From Monocercomonoides exilis PA203 (lineage: Eukaryota > Protista > Preaxostyla), in NCBI GenBank assembly GCA_001643675.2, contig LSRY02000006.1, positions 186,001-250,000 of the forward strand: a stretch of DNA of 64,000 nt, written 5' to 3'. The position numbers and the translations under genes are program-made. The notes under the pieces are model-generated. The model was given only the letters and a program-made list of their open reading frames with translations. It was not told the DNA's origin and did not search any database. Numbering within the stretch: the stretch's first letter is position 1; each line of letters starts with the position of its first letter. Below are positions 36,301-48,700 of the stretch, piece by piece.

Positions 36301-39072
36301 ATATCACACCATTTGCAGCATGCAACCTTACACTAAATCCAAGCACCCCTTCAGCTGGATCTTCATTCGCAAAGTTCTGATTGAACGGATCTTCATCTTC
36401 AGCTTCGTTCTTTGCTTCTTCGTTTCTGTTTGCTGAGCCTCCTTTCTTTGAGCCATTAGCATCATTTCTGTTGCTACTAAAAGTAACATGATTGTTATTC
36501 CCATTGTAATTATTGCCTGCTCTTGATATGCTTCTGCTATTGTTATTGGCAGGATCATGAGTACCTCCTCCATTGCTTCCTCTGTATTTATTGCCTCTTC
36601 CCTCGTCTCCATTCCCGTTTCCACCCAAAAGCGCCTTCTTCTTCTCCTCCTCCTCCGACGGAGAAAGAGGTAAATACGTCGACGTCTTCCTGCCGACCAC
36701 GCGGATGCTGCCTCTTTTGAACTGCGTCTGCAGATATTGCATCTCCCTCTCCTCAATCCCTTCCCTTTGCAGCGCTGCCACCGTCGACTCTTCCACCACT
36801 GGCGCCTCCATCCTCTCATCATCCATTCCAAATTCTTCTTCTCCCTTTTGCAGAGCTCTAATATCCATCTCATCCACTCCCGTGCTCCGTCGCCTCTCGT
36901 CTGCCAGCAGCTCTGCCTCAATGACGTCTTCCTCATCCATTCCATACGCCCCTCCGCTTCCTCTCCTGTCGACTGCATTCGACAAGTGCCGCGACAGCTG
37001 CTGGACTGAATAGAACGGCTGCGGCGGACGCGGGTCTGCCACATTCGACCAGTCGACCACGCGAAGCGGAGTCCAGCGCGGATTAAGTGCATCATTCAAC
37101 ATGCGGTCGCTTTGGTTGGGTGTGGAAACAGAGGAGGAGGAGGAGGAAGAGGAAGAAGAAAAGGAAGAGGAGAATGCAGAATAAGAAGAAGAGGAGGAGG
37201 AGGAAGATGATGATGAAGTGCTTGGACGAGATTCGTGGACAGGGGCGATGTAGTGGACAGAAGGAGGGATTGTTTGAATGGGAGTGAGGCGCCCCGAATA
37301 CGGCTGGGGAGTGTGAGGAGAGGACAGAATGGCTGAGATGGAAGAAGACGTCGCCTGCAGCGTCTCTTCGTCGGAGGCCGGGGGAAGTGCCGAAAGAGCA
37401 GCAGAGATTGAGTAGCGGTGCGGCTGCGAGGGAGGGTCGAAGAGGAAGTGTGAGGTTGGCGTGTGGAGAACAGAGGCAGAAGAAGAAGAAAAAAGAGAAG
37501 AGGACGGAGCGGATGATGTGGTGGAGGAGAAGCCAGCAGCAGACGATGGAAGATACGCGTTTGCCGGCAGCGTCGAAGACAGCGCAGAGGAAGGAGAAGA
37601 GAACATCGAAAAAGCAGACGCACCTGAGTTGTAAGTGGATGCCAGCTTCGGCTCGTACGATGGCACGAACGGGCGCGACGGGAGCATCGCTGACGAAAGA
37701 GAAGGCGAGTGGAAACGCGGCGGGGAGCTGCGGGAAGGCGAGTGGCGGCGAAGCGAAGCGGATGGCGAAGGCGTCCGATAGACAGGCACAAACTGGCCGA
37801 GCGCACTTTCGATCGCTGAGCGGCGGTCTCCAGCTGAGCTCTTCGCTCTTCGGCCGCCCACTCGTGCTCGTTCTCTCTCTCTCTCCCTTTCTCTCTCTCT
37901 TTCTCTTTCTCGTTCTCGTTCTCTGTATTCTTCTCTGAATTCGCTTTCGCTTTCAATTTCGCTTTCGTCTTCGTCTTTGCCTCTTCTCCACTCTCTGCTC
38001 TTGTCGTTTTCCAGCGACTTTCCTCTTCTCTCCCGCTGCCCTTTTGCTGTCTGCTGTCTCCCTCTTCTCTGCTTCTGCCGCTCAGCCATGCGCTCTTCAG
38101 CAATCGTCAAGATGTGCTCATCTGCTGACGAGCCTAAATTTGGCTTCTCAAAACTCACTCGTAGTTTCCTGCGTTCAGAATTTTTGTTTGCTTTATTCGT
38201 ATTCTTTGGTGACATCCTCTCTCCAACGCTTCCCCGACGACCTTTTCGCTCTCTCTCCAGCTCTTTCCTCGCTCCTCTTTTAATTTCTTCTTCTTCCAGT
38301 TGAAATTGCTCGGCTTTTATGTAAGTTGATGTCAGAGTTCCTTCTCTGTAAGCAGTGCCAATATTTGGAGATTGCCCTTGAAAGTCCAAGCAAGTTGTGT
38401 GAAAATAGGCTGATTCGGGTTCTTCTGGAAGATAAGGTGAAACCAATAGCGCATCTTGATGAGAATTTCGAGATCTGCGCCCGAGCGATGCTCTTTTTGG
38501 AACAGAAGGAGAAGTGAAATTTGAGAGAGGCTTCTCATCCATAACAAATCTTTTGTTGAAAGAGTCTGGAGAAAGTGCTCTTGAATGCTTTAGAGGCAAA
38601 GCGGTGCTGTTTCTCAAATCATTTGTTGCACTCGGTGAAGAATCCTTTATGGATGATGAAAAGGTCAATTTTCTGCGCGAAGAAAATGTTGAAGATGATG
38701 GACGAGCTGTAATAGTTTCCGCAGATGGGGATGAAGCTATTCCCCTCGAATTGTCCGCATCTTTTTGCTTTTCATTTGAGATCGAACGACTCCGAATAGT
38801 GTGAGTTTGGGTCATTAAAGAAGGTCTTAAAAGCAATGGTTTATATTGCGTTGAAAACGGAACTGAAAAAGGTTGAGATGTCTCGAATAAATTTTTATGT
38901 TTTAATTCATCCTTTGTAATATAATTATTTGAAAAAAAGATTCATCATTTTTCAGTATGATCAATAAAATGTAAAATTAATCAAAAGTTTCTTTTGTTGA
39001 AAAAAAGGATACCAAAGCTTCTGAAGGTGTCATAACAGCTCTTCTTGGAGCCTTTTGTTCAAGCGTTGCCAT
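30335..39072 (-). CDS. Very large (about 2,800 aa) low-complexity protein with a calcineurin-B-like EF-hand pair near the C-terminus. Exons 39072-39013, 38911-~36310, ~36162-30335
   Basis: ORFs 36254..38836 and 30335..36148 join through a phase-1 GTGTGA...AAAG intron. A 60-nt first exon (MATLEQKAPRR...) splices in frame. EF-hand loops DWDQDGFINGSD and DADSDGKLSFWE are present. Confidence 0.78.
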
Positions 39073-39813
39073 TTGTGCTTTGGAACGTTTGCTTTCAATT
39101 TTTCTATTCAAAGTTATGCAAGCAAAGAATAATTCGATTTCTTTATTTATGGTTTTTTTTTTCTTTGATAAGGACTTTTTCCAATAAAAAGGATGGTTGA
39201 AAAAATAAATACTTCATTTGAATTTAAGCCTTTTCTCTGATTATTTTTTGGTTTCATTTTCTAAAGAAAAAAATAGTGTACTCGAAATTGTCTTAACTTG
39301 AAGATTCAACGTTTGTCAAATGAACGCAAACTGTATGTTATTTGAAGAAGAAATTTTGCGCATTAATTTCATTTTAAATTTCATTAAATGAGAACGAATG
39401 CCTTTCCTCTTTTGATGTGAGGAACAAAAGATTAAGAATTATTCAAATCCACTTATTCCTAAATTAATATCTTTAATTTTAAATAACAATAATTTTTGTA
39501 TTATTGAGAACGATACACATTTTTAAACATAAATGATGACTGAGGAGATTGCAACTTTTTTTATGCTTTTAAGATCAATATTTGTTGTTGAGTATTTTCA
39601 TTATGAAAAGAGTTAAGGATTTAAAACATGTTTGATCCATTTAACAAAAAAATATTGACCTTTCTTAAAGGATAATTTTGGACACGCAAATTTTTTGTCG
39701 CTTTCAAATACAAACTTTTGATGAATAAATTGCTTTGATTTAAACAACTCAGACTTCATTGATAGAAACGTTCAAAGGCGTGCATCTACAATCAATAATT
39801 AAAGGTTAATGTT

Positions 39814-41291
39814 ATGCTTTTCCTTTTCTTAGAAACATTTTCAAAACTTTGTCAGTGCAACAATAATGAAGTTCGACCGAAAATTGAGCTATTGGATAAA
39901 GTTATGGAAAAAATGAACACAAAAGAACTAGAAACTTCTATTACAATGGATGTTTATGAAAATATTGATTATTTGATGGATTGCGAAAACATTGCAGAAG
40001 AAAATATAATTCTCCTTCTAAAACTTTTGGGATATAGAAAAGAACTGTACGAAATAAAAACTGATAGCTTTAAAGGAACGACATTATCTGCTACGCTTTG
40101 GAGTTTAATAAACGAAGCAAATAGTAAATACGAGATGAATTCAACGCAAGTTGATTTTTGTGAATGCTATTTAATTAACAGTAATTATGTCTTCGTTAAT
40201 AAGGAATCACATTTGATAAATTACGTACCATATATTCTGAAAGTTGCTTTGAAGAAAAGGAAAAATAAGAAAGAGCAAGCTGAAGCGGAAATCGCATTAA
40301 TGTCTTTGTGCAAAATTGAGCAGAATGCAGTATGTATATTTTTTGGATTAGCTTATTTCATTTGTTGAATGTTAATTACAATTTGAAATAGGAAATAGAG
40401 AAAGAACTTTTCCTGGATCATATCAAAGAGATTATACAATTTCACCAGAAGCATAACAATCTTTCACATCTAGCCTATCAGCGTGCTTGGGAATTTCTAA
40501 TAAAAAGACTCAATGAACACAAAGAATTGGAAAATGTGATTGTGAATGAATTGCATTTTTACAGGGAAGCATTTGGAGAATTGGAGATACTGAAGCAATG
40601 TGTGAATTGGACGAAAAACGAAACAGGAAGATATGAAATAGAAGAGATGCTTATGCTTCGATGGGTGAATGCGATAAAATTATCCTTATGGAATAGCACA
40701 TGGAGATTGGACATATTCAGCAAGCTGGTTGATTTCGCTGTGAGCTTTTACAGGCTTGCAAAGGATAATCAAAGAGAGATTACTGGCTATTGTGCAAATG
40801 CATTATCTCGTGTGATGTCCTATTCACATGTGAACTTCAACGATTTGCTGAAAAATGATTTAGTTGATTTTGCTTTGGAGGAAATAATGCGACCAACGTT
40901 GGACGAATACATCGCGCCTGCATGCTTTTTATTTTTTGATGATCTTGCAAGCAGGATTGATAACTACAAATCGGATATTGTTGAAGACTCAATAAGTGAG
41001 TTGACAGAAAACTTGGAAAATTCTATTTCAGGAATTGAAGATGAATACAAATATTTGAACCAAATTAATGAAAAGCTCGAGATCATGAAAAACGCTATTG
41101 TGTCGTGTTCAAACATGTTGATCAAAGAAAAAATTGAAATAGCATGGAGAAGAATGAAAATCGAGTCATTTGAGAAATTCGAAGAAGAGGGATACGAAGA
41201 TGTTATTATTTCGTATTATTGGATGATAAGACATAGAAGATATTGCTGGTACAATTGCATCAATATTGCAGATTTATTATTTTTCAAGTAG
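39814..41291 (+). CDS. Member of an expanded lineage-specific helical protein family of unknown function (Monocercomonoides-type). Intron 40330-40391; 5' end uncertain
   Basis: A phase-0 GTATGT...TAG intron joins ORF 39814..40368 to 40527..41291 via EIEKELFLDHIKEIIQFHQKHNNLSHLAYQRAWEFLIKRL. The motifs KVALKK...E.EIALMSL, NLS.LAYQ.AW.FL and EEEGYED are recalled from this family, not confirmed by a search. Confidence 0.72.
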
Positions 41292-42745
41292 ATTTTGTAT
41301 TTGCAATGCTTTAGACAATTAAATATTTTTTCATTCATTTTATTCACACTTCATAAGATTAATTGGAAAAATTGCTTTATCATTTCAAAATTTATTGGTA
41401 AATGTCATTTTTGGTAAAATAACATTTTTTTGGTGGAGAACAAGTGATGAAAGCCAAAAATTCTCTTCATAACGTCAACCAAGCTTTGTTTCTTTAACTA
41501 TTTCATCAGAGAACACAAAAATTTCATAGAATTAACTTCAGATATGAAAGTTATTTCTCCAAAGTCTCAAAAAATTCCTAATTTGATTCTTTCTCAAGAG
41601 AATGAAAAAATTATTTTTCAATCAAGAGGAAAAAATATCGTTCTTAATAACTATTTCGGCAAATGGAGAAGATCCTGATACTGCATGATCAACGCCCTTT
41701 ATTATTAAAATTTTGTTGTTTCTTCTTATTGTGCTTATGAGGTTTTAGGGTTTTGACGAAATAAACAAGTTCACATTGGATATTGTGATGGTTTATGGTT
41801 TTGCCGAGCAAAATTAGGGTTAGGGTTAACACAAGAAGAGATTTTTAAAATGAAAACGATATAAATAGTGGGTGGGATCACCTTGGGACAAGGACCTACT
41901 CCACTTGCCACTATTTCAATTCGAATGATGTTTTGAAGTTGTTTAATAATAATATATTTCAAAAAATAGTAATCCATTTTGAGATTTTTAGGAAATTTTT
42001 TCTTCAAATGGTATTATTTCTGTCAGATTTATCAGAAACATTAACTTTTTTGCAAAAAGTCTGAAAGATGCATAGGCAAATGACAAATATATCATTCCCA
42101 ACTTTTGAATGCTGAAAATGATAATTTTTTCAAAAAATTCATTTGCATAAGACGATACAATTGAAGTAATAAAAAAGCATGACATACTTAAAAATTTGAA
42201 AAAATCGAAAGGCCTTCTTCTTTTTTCATCGATCATTCTGTTGTAATTCGATCCTTTCATTGGAAAAAGTGGAATCAATCGACACCTGTTTTGATCACAC
42301 CTATAAAATTTATATTTTCGTTATTTTTTTTTCTAAAACAAGCTCTGAATTAAAGATTTTTTAGTGTTTTTTCATGAATTGTTTTTTCTTTTTATTTGCT
42401 AGGGTTTGGAAAATAGAAAAAAAGTTTGGGTTTTCCTGTATGATACAATGTTTTTTGCAAACAAATGATAAGAAAGAAGATGATTTTTAACATTTAAATA
42501 TTGATATTTTTTAAAATAAAATTAGGATGACTTAAATATTTATCATTAAATATATTGGAAAAATGATTATAAATGTCAATTTTATGGTGTCGGTTGAGTC
42601 CACTCTTACCCTTTCATTTTTCAAAAAAACGAAGATAACAAATTTCAAAAGCAATTGATCAAAAATACCCATAAGAACTTTAAAAAACAAACCAAAGTAT
42701 ATTTTAGCGATTCTTGTGTTCAAAAGGAGCAACGCGCTGTTAGGA

Positions 42746-45700
42746 ATGAGTTGCCTGGCTTTCATAATTTGTTTTCAATGCTTTTCAATGAATGCAGCAA
42801 ATAATGGAGCAGACAAGAAAGAAGGATCGAATGAATTAGAAAAAGAGATTTTTCAAAATATCATAACTTCTAATGAAATTCAAAGCAGAAATATATTTGA
42901 GAAAAATGCAATTGAAAGCAGATTCCATGCTTATAGTATCCAAAAGGAAGACTTTGATGTTGTAAATAGCAAAAACGAAATTAAGTTTGACGTGGAAAAC
43001 AAGAAAAGAAGAAAACCACTGAGATGCGTTGAAAGTGCACAAAAACATTGGAGTTCAAACAACGATGTTGAAGAAAGTTGGATTGAAGGTTGCCTGAAAA
43101 TGATGAATTCTTCAGTTCTGTGTGTTGATGTGACAATCATGGATAGAACAAACAACTGTGTTATTAAAGCAGAAAAGAAGAGTTGTGTTGAATTAAAAGG
43201 ATGCATTTTGTCCATTGGTGAAGAAAACTCACCTTTGAAATTGACGGGGAGTTGTGCTGTTTTGGTGAATGTAACACTTGCATCATCAATTCAACATCTT
43301 CATTCAATTCCTCCTCTTTTTGCTTCAGAACAGCCAGAAAACCAATTTGAGCATTTCGGAAGCATTTCAATGTGCTCTTCAAGATTTTCATCCTTTATGG
43401 TCTCAAGACCTCCATTTCTCTCATCCGCATTTATTGAGAGCATTTCACTTTCCAATTTGAATTTCTTCAATATCTCGACAATTCCAGCAAAAACAGAATC
43501 ACATTCAACTTGCCAATGTGGAAAAGCAACCTCGATGAATTCTTGTTCTTTTCATTCAGTCTGTGATGTGTATGATGGAGGGATTATTCCCTCAATCAAC
43601 AACCCTTTGACTTCCTTGACTTCTTTTAACACTACCTTTATTGGGTGTTGTCGGACAAGAAATGTTGAATTCATCGGGACGAAAGATGGAAAGCTGACTC
43701 CAGGAAGGCAGAACGAAACAGACGATGGACAGAACACATTCATATGGTGCGAATGGAATGGATCAAAGACGACCGGAACTTTGTCTTCGACAACAGATGG
43801 GATGTCTTGTGGAGGAGCAATTTGTATGTATAATTTGGAAAATGGAACACTTAGTGTTTCTAACTGTTCATTCAATAACTGTTATGCTCACTATGGTGGA
43901 GGAGGAATTTCATGTTTTTCAATAAATTCGATGAAGATCGATAATAACCGTTTCAATGAATGTACGGCTCAAAATCACCATGGTGGGGGAATGTATATTT
44001 ATTCCATTTCATTGTGCTCTCTTATAAACAAATGTGTGTTTTATTTCTGTGAAGCAAACTACAACGGAGGAGGGATATATCTTGAAAATTATCATCAAAT
44101 TGATACAGGATGTTTTGAAAAAAAATCAAAAAATGTGGAAAATATCTGCATTTTTGAATGTGACGTTATATCCTGCTCAGTGTCTAACATCAATGGAGGA
44201 GGAATGTGTTGTTTTCATCTCGATCCTCAGTTTAAAATGAGCAGTATTAGGTTTATTTCATGCTCTGCAGTTTCAGGAGGAGGAGCATTGCATTTCAGAC
44301 CAGAAAGAATGAGTGGACCAATTGATGGTATTTATTGTTGTTTTCTATTCTTCCACGAATGTAAATGTTTAGACGCAACTTCAACTGGGAACGATATCGA
44401 ATATATTGATTATAACAATATTTTCTCGAATTCAGGAAATCCGTTCCATGAATGTTACACAACCAATACAGATGATCAGAGAGTGTGTTATGCATTCAAT
44501 TACACTGGGAGCAGTTGGTCATATCATCACACTGAAAAGAAGGAATGGCTGAAGGACGGAGTGATGGATAAATTTGTTGGAGTGGCCGGAGACAACTCAA
44601 ATAAATGGTGTGGAATGAATGATGAAAATCCATGCAAAACAATTGGCTCTGCTGTGGATAATCATATTCCGGAATTGATCTCAAAGATAATATTAATGAA
44701 AGGGAATCACACAAGCGAAACAACAACAATTGAAATTGGAACAAAGAAGATTTCTGTGATTGGGAAAGGAAGAGAGTCGAGTTCGATTGGAACAGGAGAA
44801 CTTTCATCAGCTGGAGCGCTGTTCAGAGTGACAACAGGTCATTTGGGTTTAATGCACTTGGGTATCTATCACAATTCATCAGCGGGTTCTTCACCGAGTG
44901 TTGTTGTGGTGACTGGTAGGAGTGGCTCGCTCTCATTGGAGGATGTTGTGATCACGAAGAGTGTTTCTTCAGTGAACTCGATATCATCGTCTGTGTTTGT
45001 GGTTCCTCTCTCACAGTTGTCGATGATCGATGTGGAGATCAAAGATATGAATATTTCTCAATCTCTATTCTCTGAACCAGATCTCTCATCATCATTGTTT
45101 TCATCCTCTTCCTCTGCGTTGTTTTTGACAACCATTGCATCAAAAGAGAGCACATTGGCAAATATCACGGTGAAGAATGTGAAGCTGGAGAGCGGAGACG
45201 GGGTTGTAGTTACAAAATCAGTTGCTGAAGAGGAGACATTTATGGTGTGGAACACAATATTTGAAGATTGTGAGTGCGAGAGAGGCAGCGGTGGTGGTAT
45301 CAAAGTCAAACTGGAATCAGCAACAAGCAAGTTTCAAATGGGAACAACAGCATCATACAGTGGAGGAACAACTGCATTCTCTCAATGCTGTTGCAGTGGG
45401 AATGGAGGAGGAGCGATGATGTGGCTTGCAGAAAATTCATTCGACTTTGAGATATCATCAGTGAGCTTTGTTGGTTGCAGTGCTTCATTAGGAGGGAAAG
45501 ATGTGTTTGTGAATGGGAGCAAGCTTGTGAATGGGACAATCACAATCACAAAGCTGAATTTCTCGCGAAATGTTTCTATTTATGATGAGCTGATGGGATA
45601 TGACCGGAATGAGGAAGAGATGGGAATATTCCCATTGAATGTGTTTTTTGATTCATTTTCAGGAGCAGCACATGTTGGGATGAAGAAAAATGGATTTGGA

Positions 45701-48700
45701 GGATATGACTCGTGGTTTTGTGGGTTTGACTATTTTTCATGCAAAACGATCACAAAGGCAGCACAAAACAGAGTCTGCTCGTTAAAGAAGAAGATTGTGT
45801 TGGATTCGGGATTTGAGTTGGTAGAAGTTGTCTCGATGGCAGGGTCATATGAATGGGAAGTGTATTGCGGGATAAACAAGACGGAAGTGAATGTGAAGGT
45901 TCCGAGTGGAATGACGTCATCGTATTTGATAATTGTTGAGAGCAAAAGTTCAATCAAGAACATTGCATTCCAAATTCCATATCAACTGTCGAGTGCAACA
46001 TCACTCATTGCTTTGACCAGCTTATCACTCGCACTCACAGACTGTTCAGTTGCTCATTCATCAGAGAGCACATCGAGTGTTTCCTTTGGATATAGCATTG
46101 TGAATGCGCAGAGTGGGAATCTGAAAATGGAACGATTTGTGGTTGAAGAAGGTCTGACATTCAATGATCACTCAGCCATTGAATTTTGTGAAGGAATGAC
46201 GAGTGTGATTTGTTCAGGATGCAATATCAGTGGAGTTGTGAAGAATGAGGGAGATGGAGGATGGATGAAAGGAACAGTTGGAGGGAGTGGAACGTTGGCA
46301 GTTGATGGATGCAATGTGAATGGGTGCAGTTGTGGTGGTGGAAAGGGGGGAGGAATATATGTTGAATTGAAGGGAAATGGGAAAGTGGTTGTGAATGGAA
46401 CGAGTGTGATTGATGGGAATAAGGCAGAGAATAATGGAGGGAGAGGAGGGAGAGGAGGAGGGATGTTTGTGTTGATGGGGAGTGGAGGGTGTGGATTGAC
46501 AATTGGACAGAATGTTGAGTTTTCGAAAGTGAGGGAGAATGTGGCAGAATATGGGAAGGATGTGTTTGTTCATTGTGGGAGTGGTGTGTTTTTGGAGTCA
46601 AAAGTGAATGCACAATCATTTGCATTCTTTGACACAAGCGCCATTCCATCAGATGTGCTGAAGCTGAGTGGGAGTGAAAATGGGGATGAAAGCGGAGTGA
46701 TTCCGCTGTTTGTGTATTTGTGCAAAATGGGGACAAAGGTGATTGTTGATTGGAGTGGCAGAAATGGGATGGATCACAACCATTGTGGATTTGATGCATT
46801 CAGGTGTTTGACAGTTGATTATTGTGCGAATTCAAGGTTGAGTGAAAGTTCAAATGAAATTGAGGTTGTCTCATCTTCGTCAATAAGGGATGAAATTAAA
46901 ATTTCTTTATTTGGTGTGAGTATTTCAGGCAGAATAGCATCATCATCATCAGAGGAAGGGGAGAGGAAGCAGGTGAATGTGAGTGATGAAGGATCAGCCA
47001 CACAAGACTGGCTTGTGGGATGTTCGAGTTCACTGGCAATGAGCAGACTTTCATTTGTTGTGAAAGATCAGTTGAATTCAAGGAGAAGTGCATTCATTCA
47101 CTCAACATCAACAATCAACATGACGAACTGTTCAGTCTCGTTTGAGGGTGGGGCATTGACTGATGGAAAGATCGGATATAATGTGATAAACATTGAGGGT
47201 GGAGAACTGATTGTTGATGGATTTGTGATGGAAGGGGGAGTGACAATGAATGAGAAATCTCCAATATCAATGACAAGTGGAGTTGAATTGGAGATTTTGA
47301 ACAGCAGGGTGATTGGAGTGGAGGTGAATGTGGCAGGTGGAAGTGGAGGAGGGGGATGTTTGAATGTTGGGATGAAGGAAGGTGGATGTGTGAATATTGA
47401 AGAAAGCAATTTGTCCTCGATCTGCTCAGGTGGAAGTGAGATGAAAGGAGGAGGGATGATGATATCAGTTGGAAGTGGAGGAAGTTTGGAAATGAAAAAT
47501 GTGAATTTGTCTGAATGTGAAGTTCCATCAGAGGATAGTTCAGAGAAAAAAGGAGGATTAGGAGGAGCGGTATTCGCCGAACTGCCTGAACAAATGGGAT
47601 CATTTGTGCTCGAAGGAATGATATTCAGTCAATGCAATGCTTGGAAAGGGAAGAACATGTTTGTTTCAGGATGGGTTCTGAGCAAGATTGTGAACAAGGA
47701 GCACTTCAAATGGGAGATGAGTGAAGGGGAGTTGGGATCATTGGATGAGCTGTGCGGATGGGAGAGGAAGACAACAGGAGAGGAGGGATATGTGATTCCA
47801 TTGGTTGTGTATTTGTGGTCTAATTGGAGTGGGAATGGGTTTGTTTCGAAAGATGGAGGAGGAGACTTCAGTGGATGTGGCTTTTCTGAGGCACCATGTT
47901 CATCGATTGACCACTTGATATCACTGAGATATGAACCACTTGATGAAGGTGAATCCCACATCAGCATTGTGGATTCTGGATTATTGAAACATTCCATATC
48001 ATTTTCTTCATTTTCTTCATCACCACCGGCTTCACAAGATTCAGAGTCACAAAAAGTGGTGATTGAAGGAACAATGAAAGGCACAGCAGTGATAATCAGT
48101 GATGAAGATGAGAATGATTTGATTGGTGGTTCATTAATATCATCTTGTGTGAGTCTGACACTGGAAAATTTGTCATTCTCGAATCCAAATCCAAACATCC
48201 ATCATGAGATATTGATCGAATCATCAGGAGCAAACATCTGTTTATCAGTCGTGGATTGCTCATTTGGTTCATTGAATGGAATGGCAGATGCAGGATTTTG
48301 TGTGATGAAAGTGAATGGAGGCAGAGTTGTTGTTCAAGGATGTTCGTTGGATGCGGTTGACAAATTGAAAGGGTTCATCGCTTTCAGTGCAGCGGCAACA
48401 ATGGAGGTGATTGTGGAGGATGTGAACATCTCGAATGTTGGGGTGAAAGAGAGAAGTCTGATATCGATGTTTGACGATGAGCAGACGAATGGGATGAAAG
48501 CCAAAAGAGGGTTAAACAGGGGAGAAAACAGGCATTCAAACAACGAAAAAGTGGTGATAAAAGTGAATGGGTCTTCGTTCACAAACATCACAAATGGAGA
48601 AAACAGAGCAGGGGTGTTGAGTGTGGATTCATTTGCGAGGGCAATGGAGTGTGTGTTGGAGGGGTGTTCGGTTTCGAGCTGCAGGAGTGAAATGAGCGAG

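Noticed and set aside
179-38804. Numerous antisense or alternate-frame ORFs (poly-Leu, poly-Phe/Ser, poly-Lys/Glu)
   Set aside because: They are shadows of TCT/GAA trinucleotide runs in the real genes.
41814-41828. TTAGGGTTAGGGTTA as an interstitial telomere
   Set aside because: Only 2.5 units are present, too short to support the call.
41771-42765. Short minus-strand ORFs as a transposase remnant
   Set aside because: No recognisable catalytic motifs, terminal repeats or consistent reading frame.
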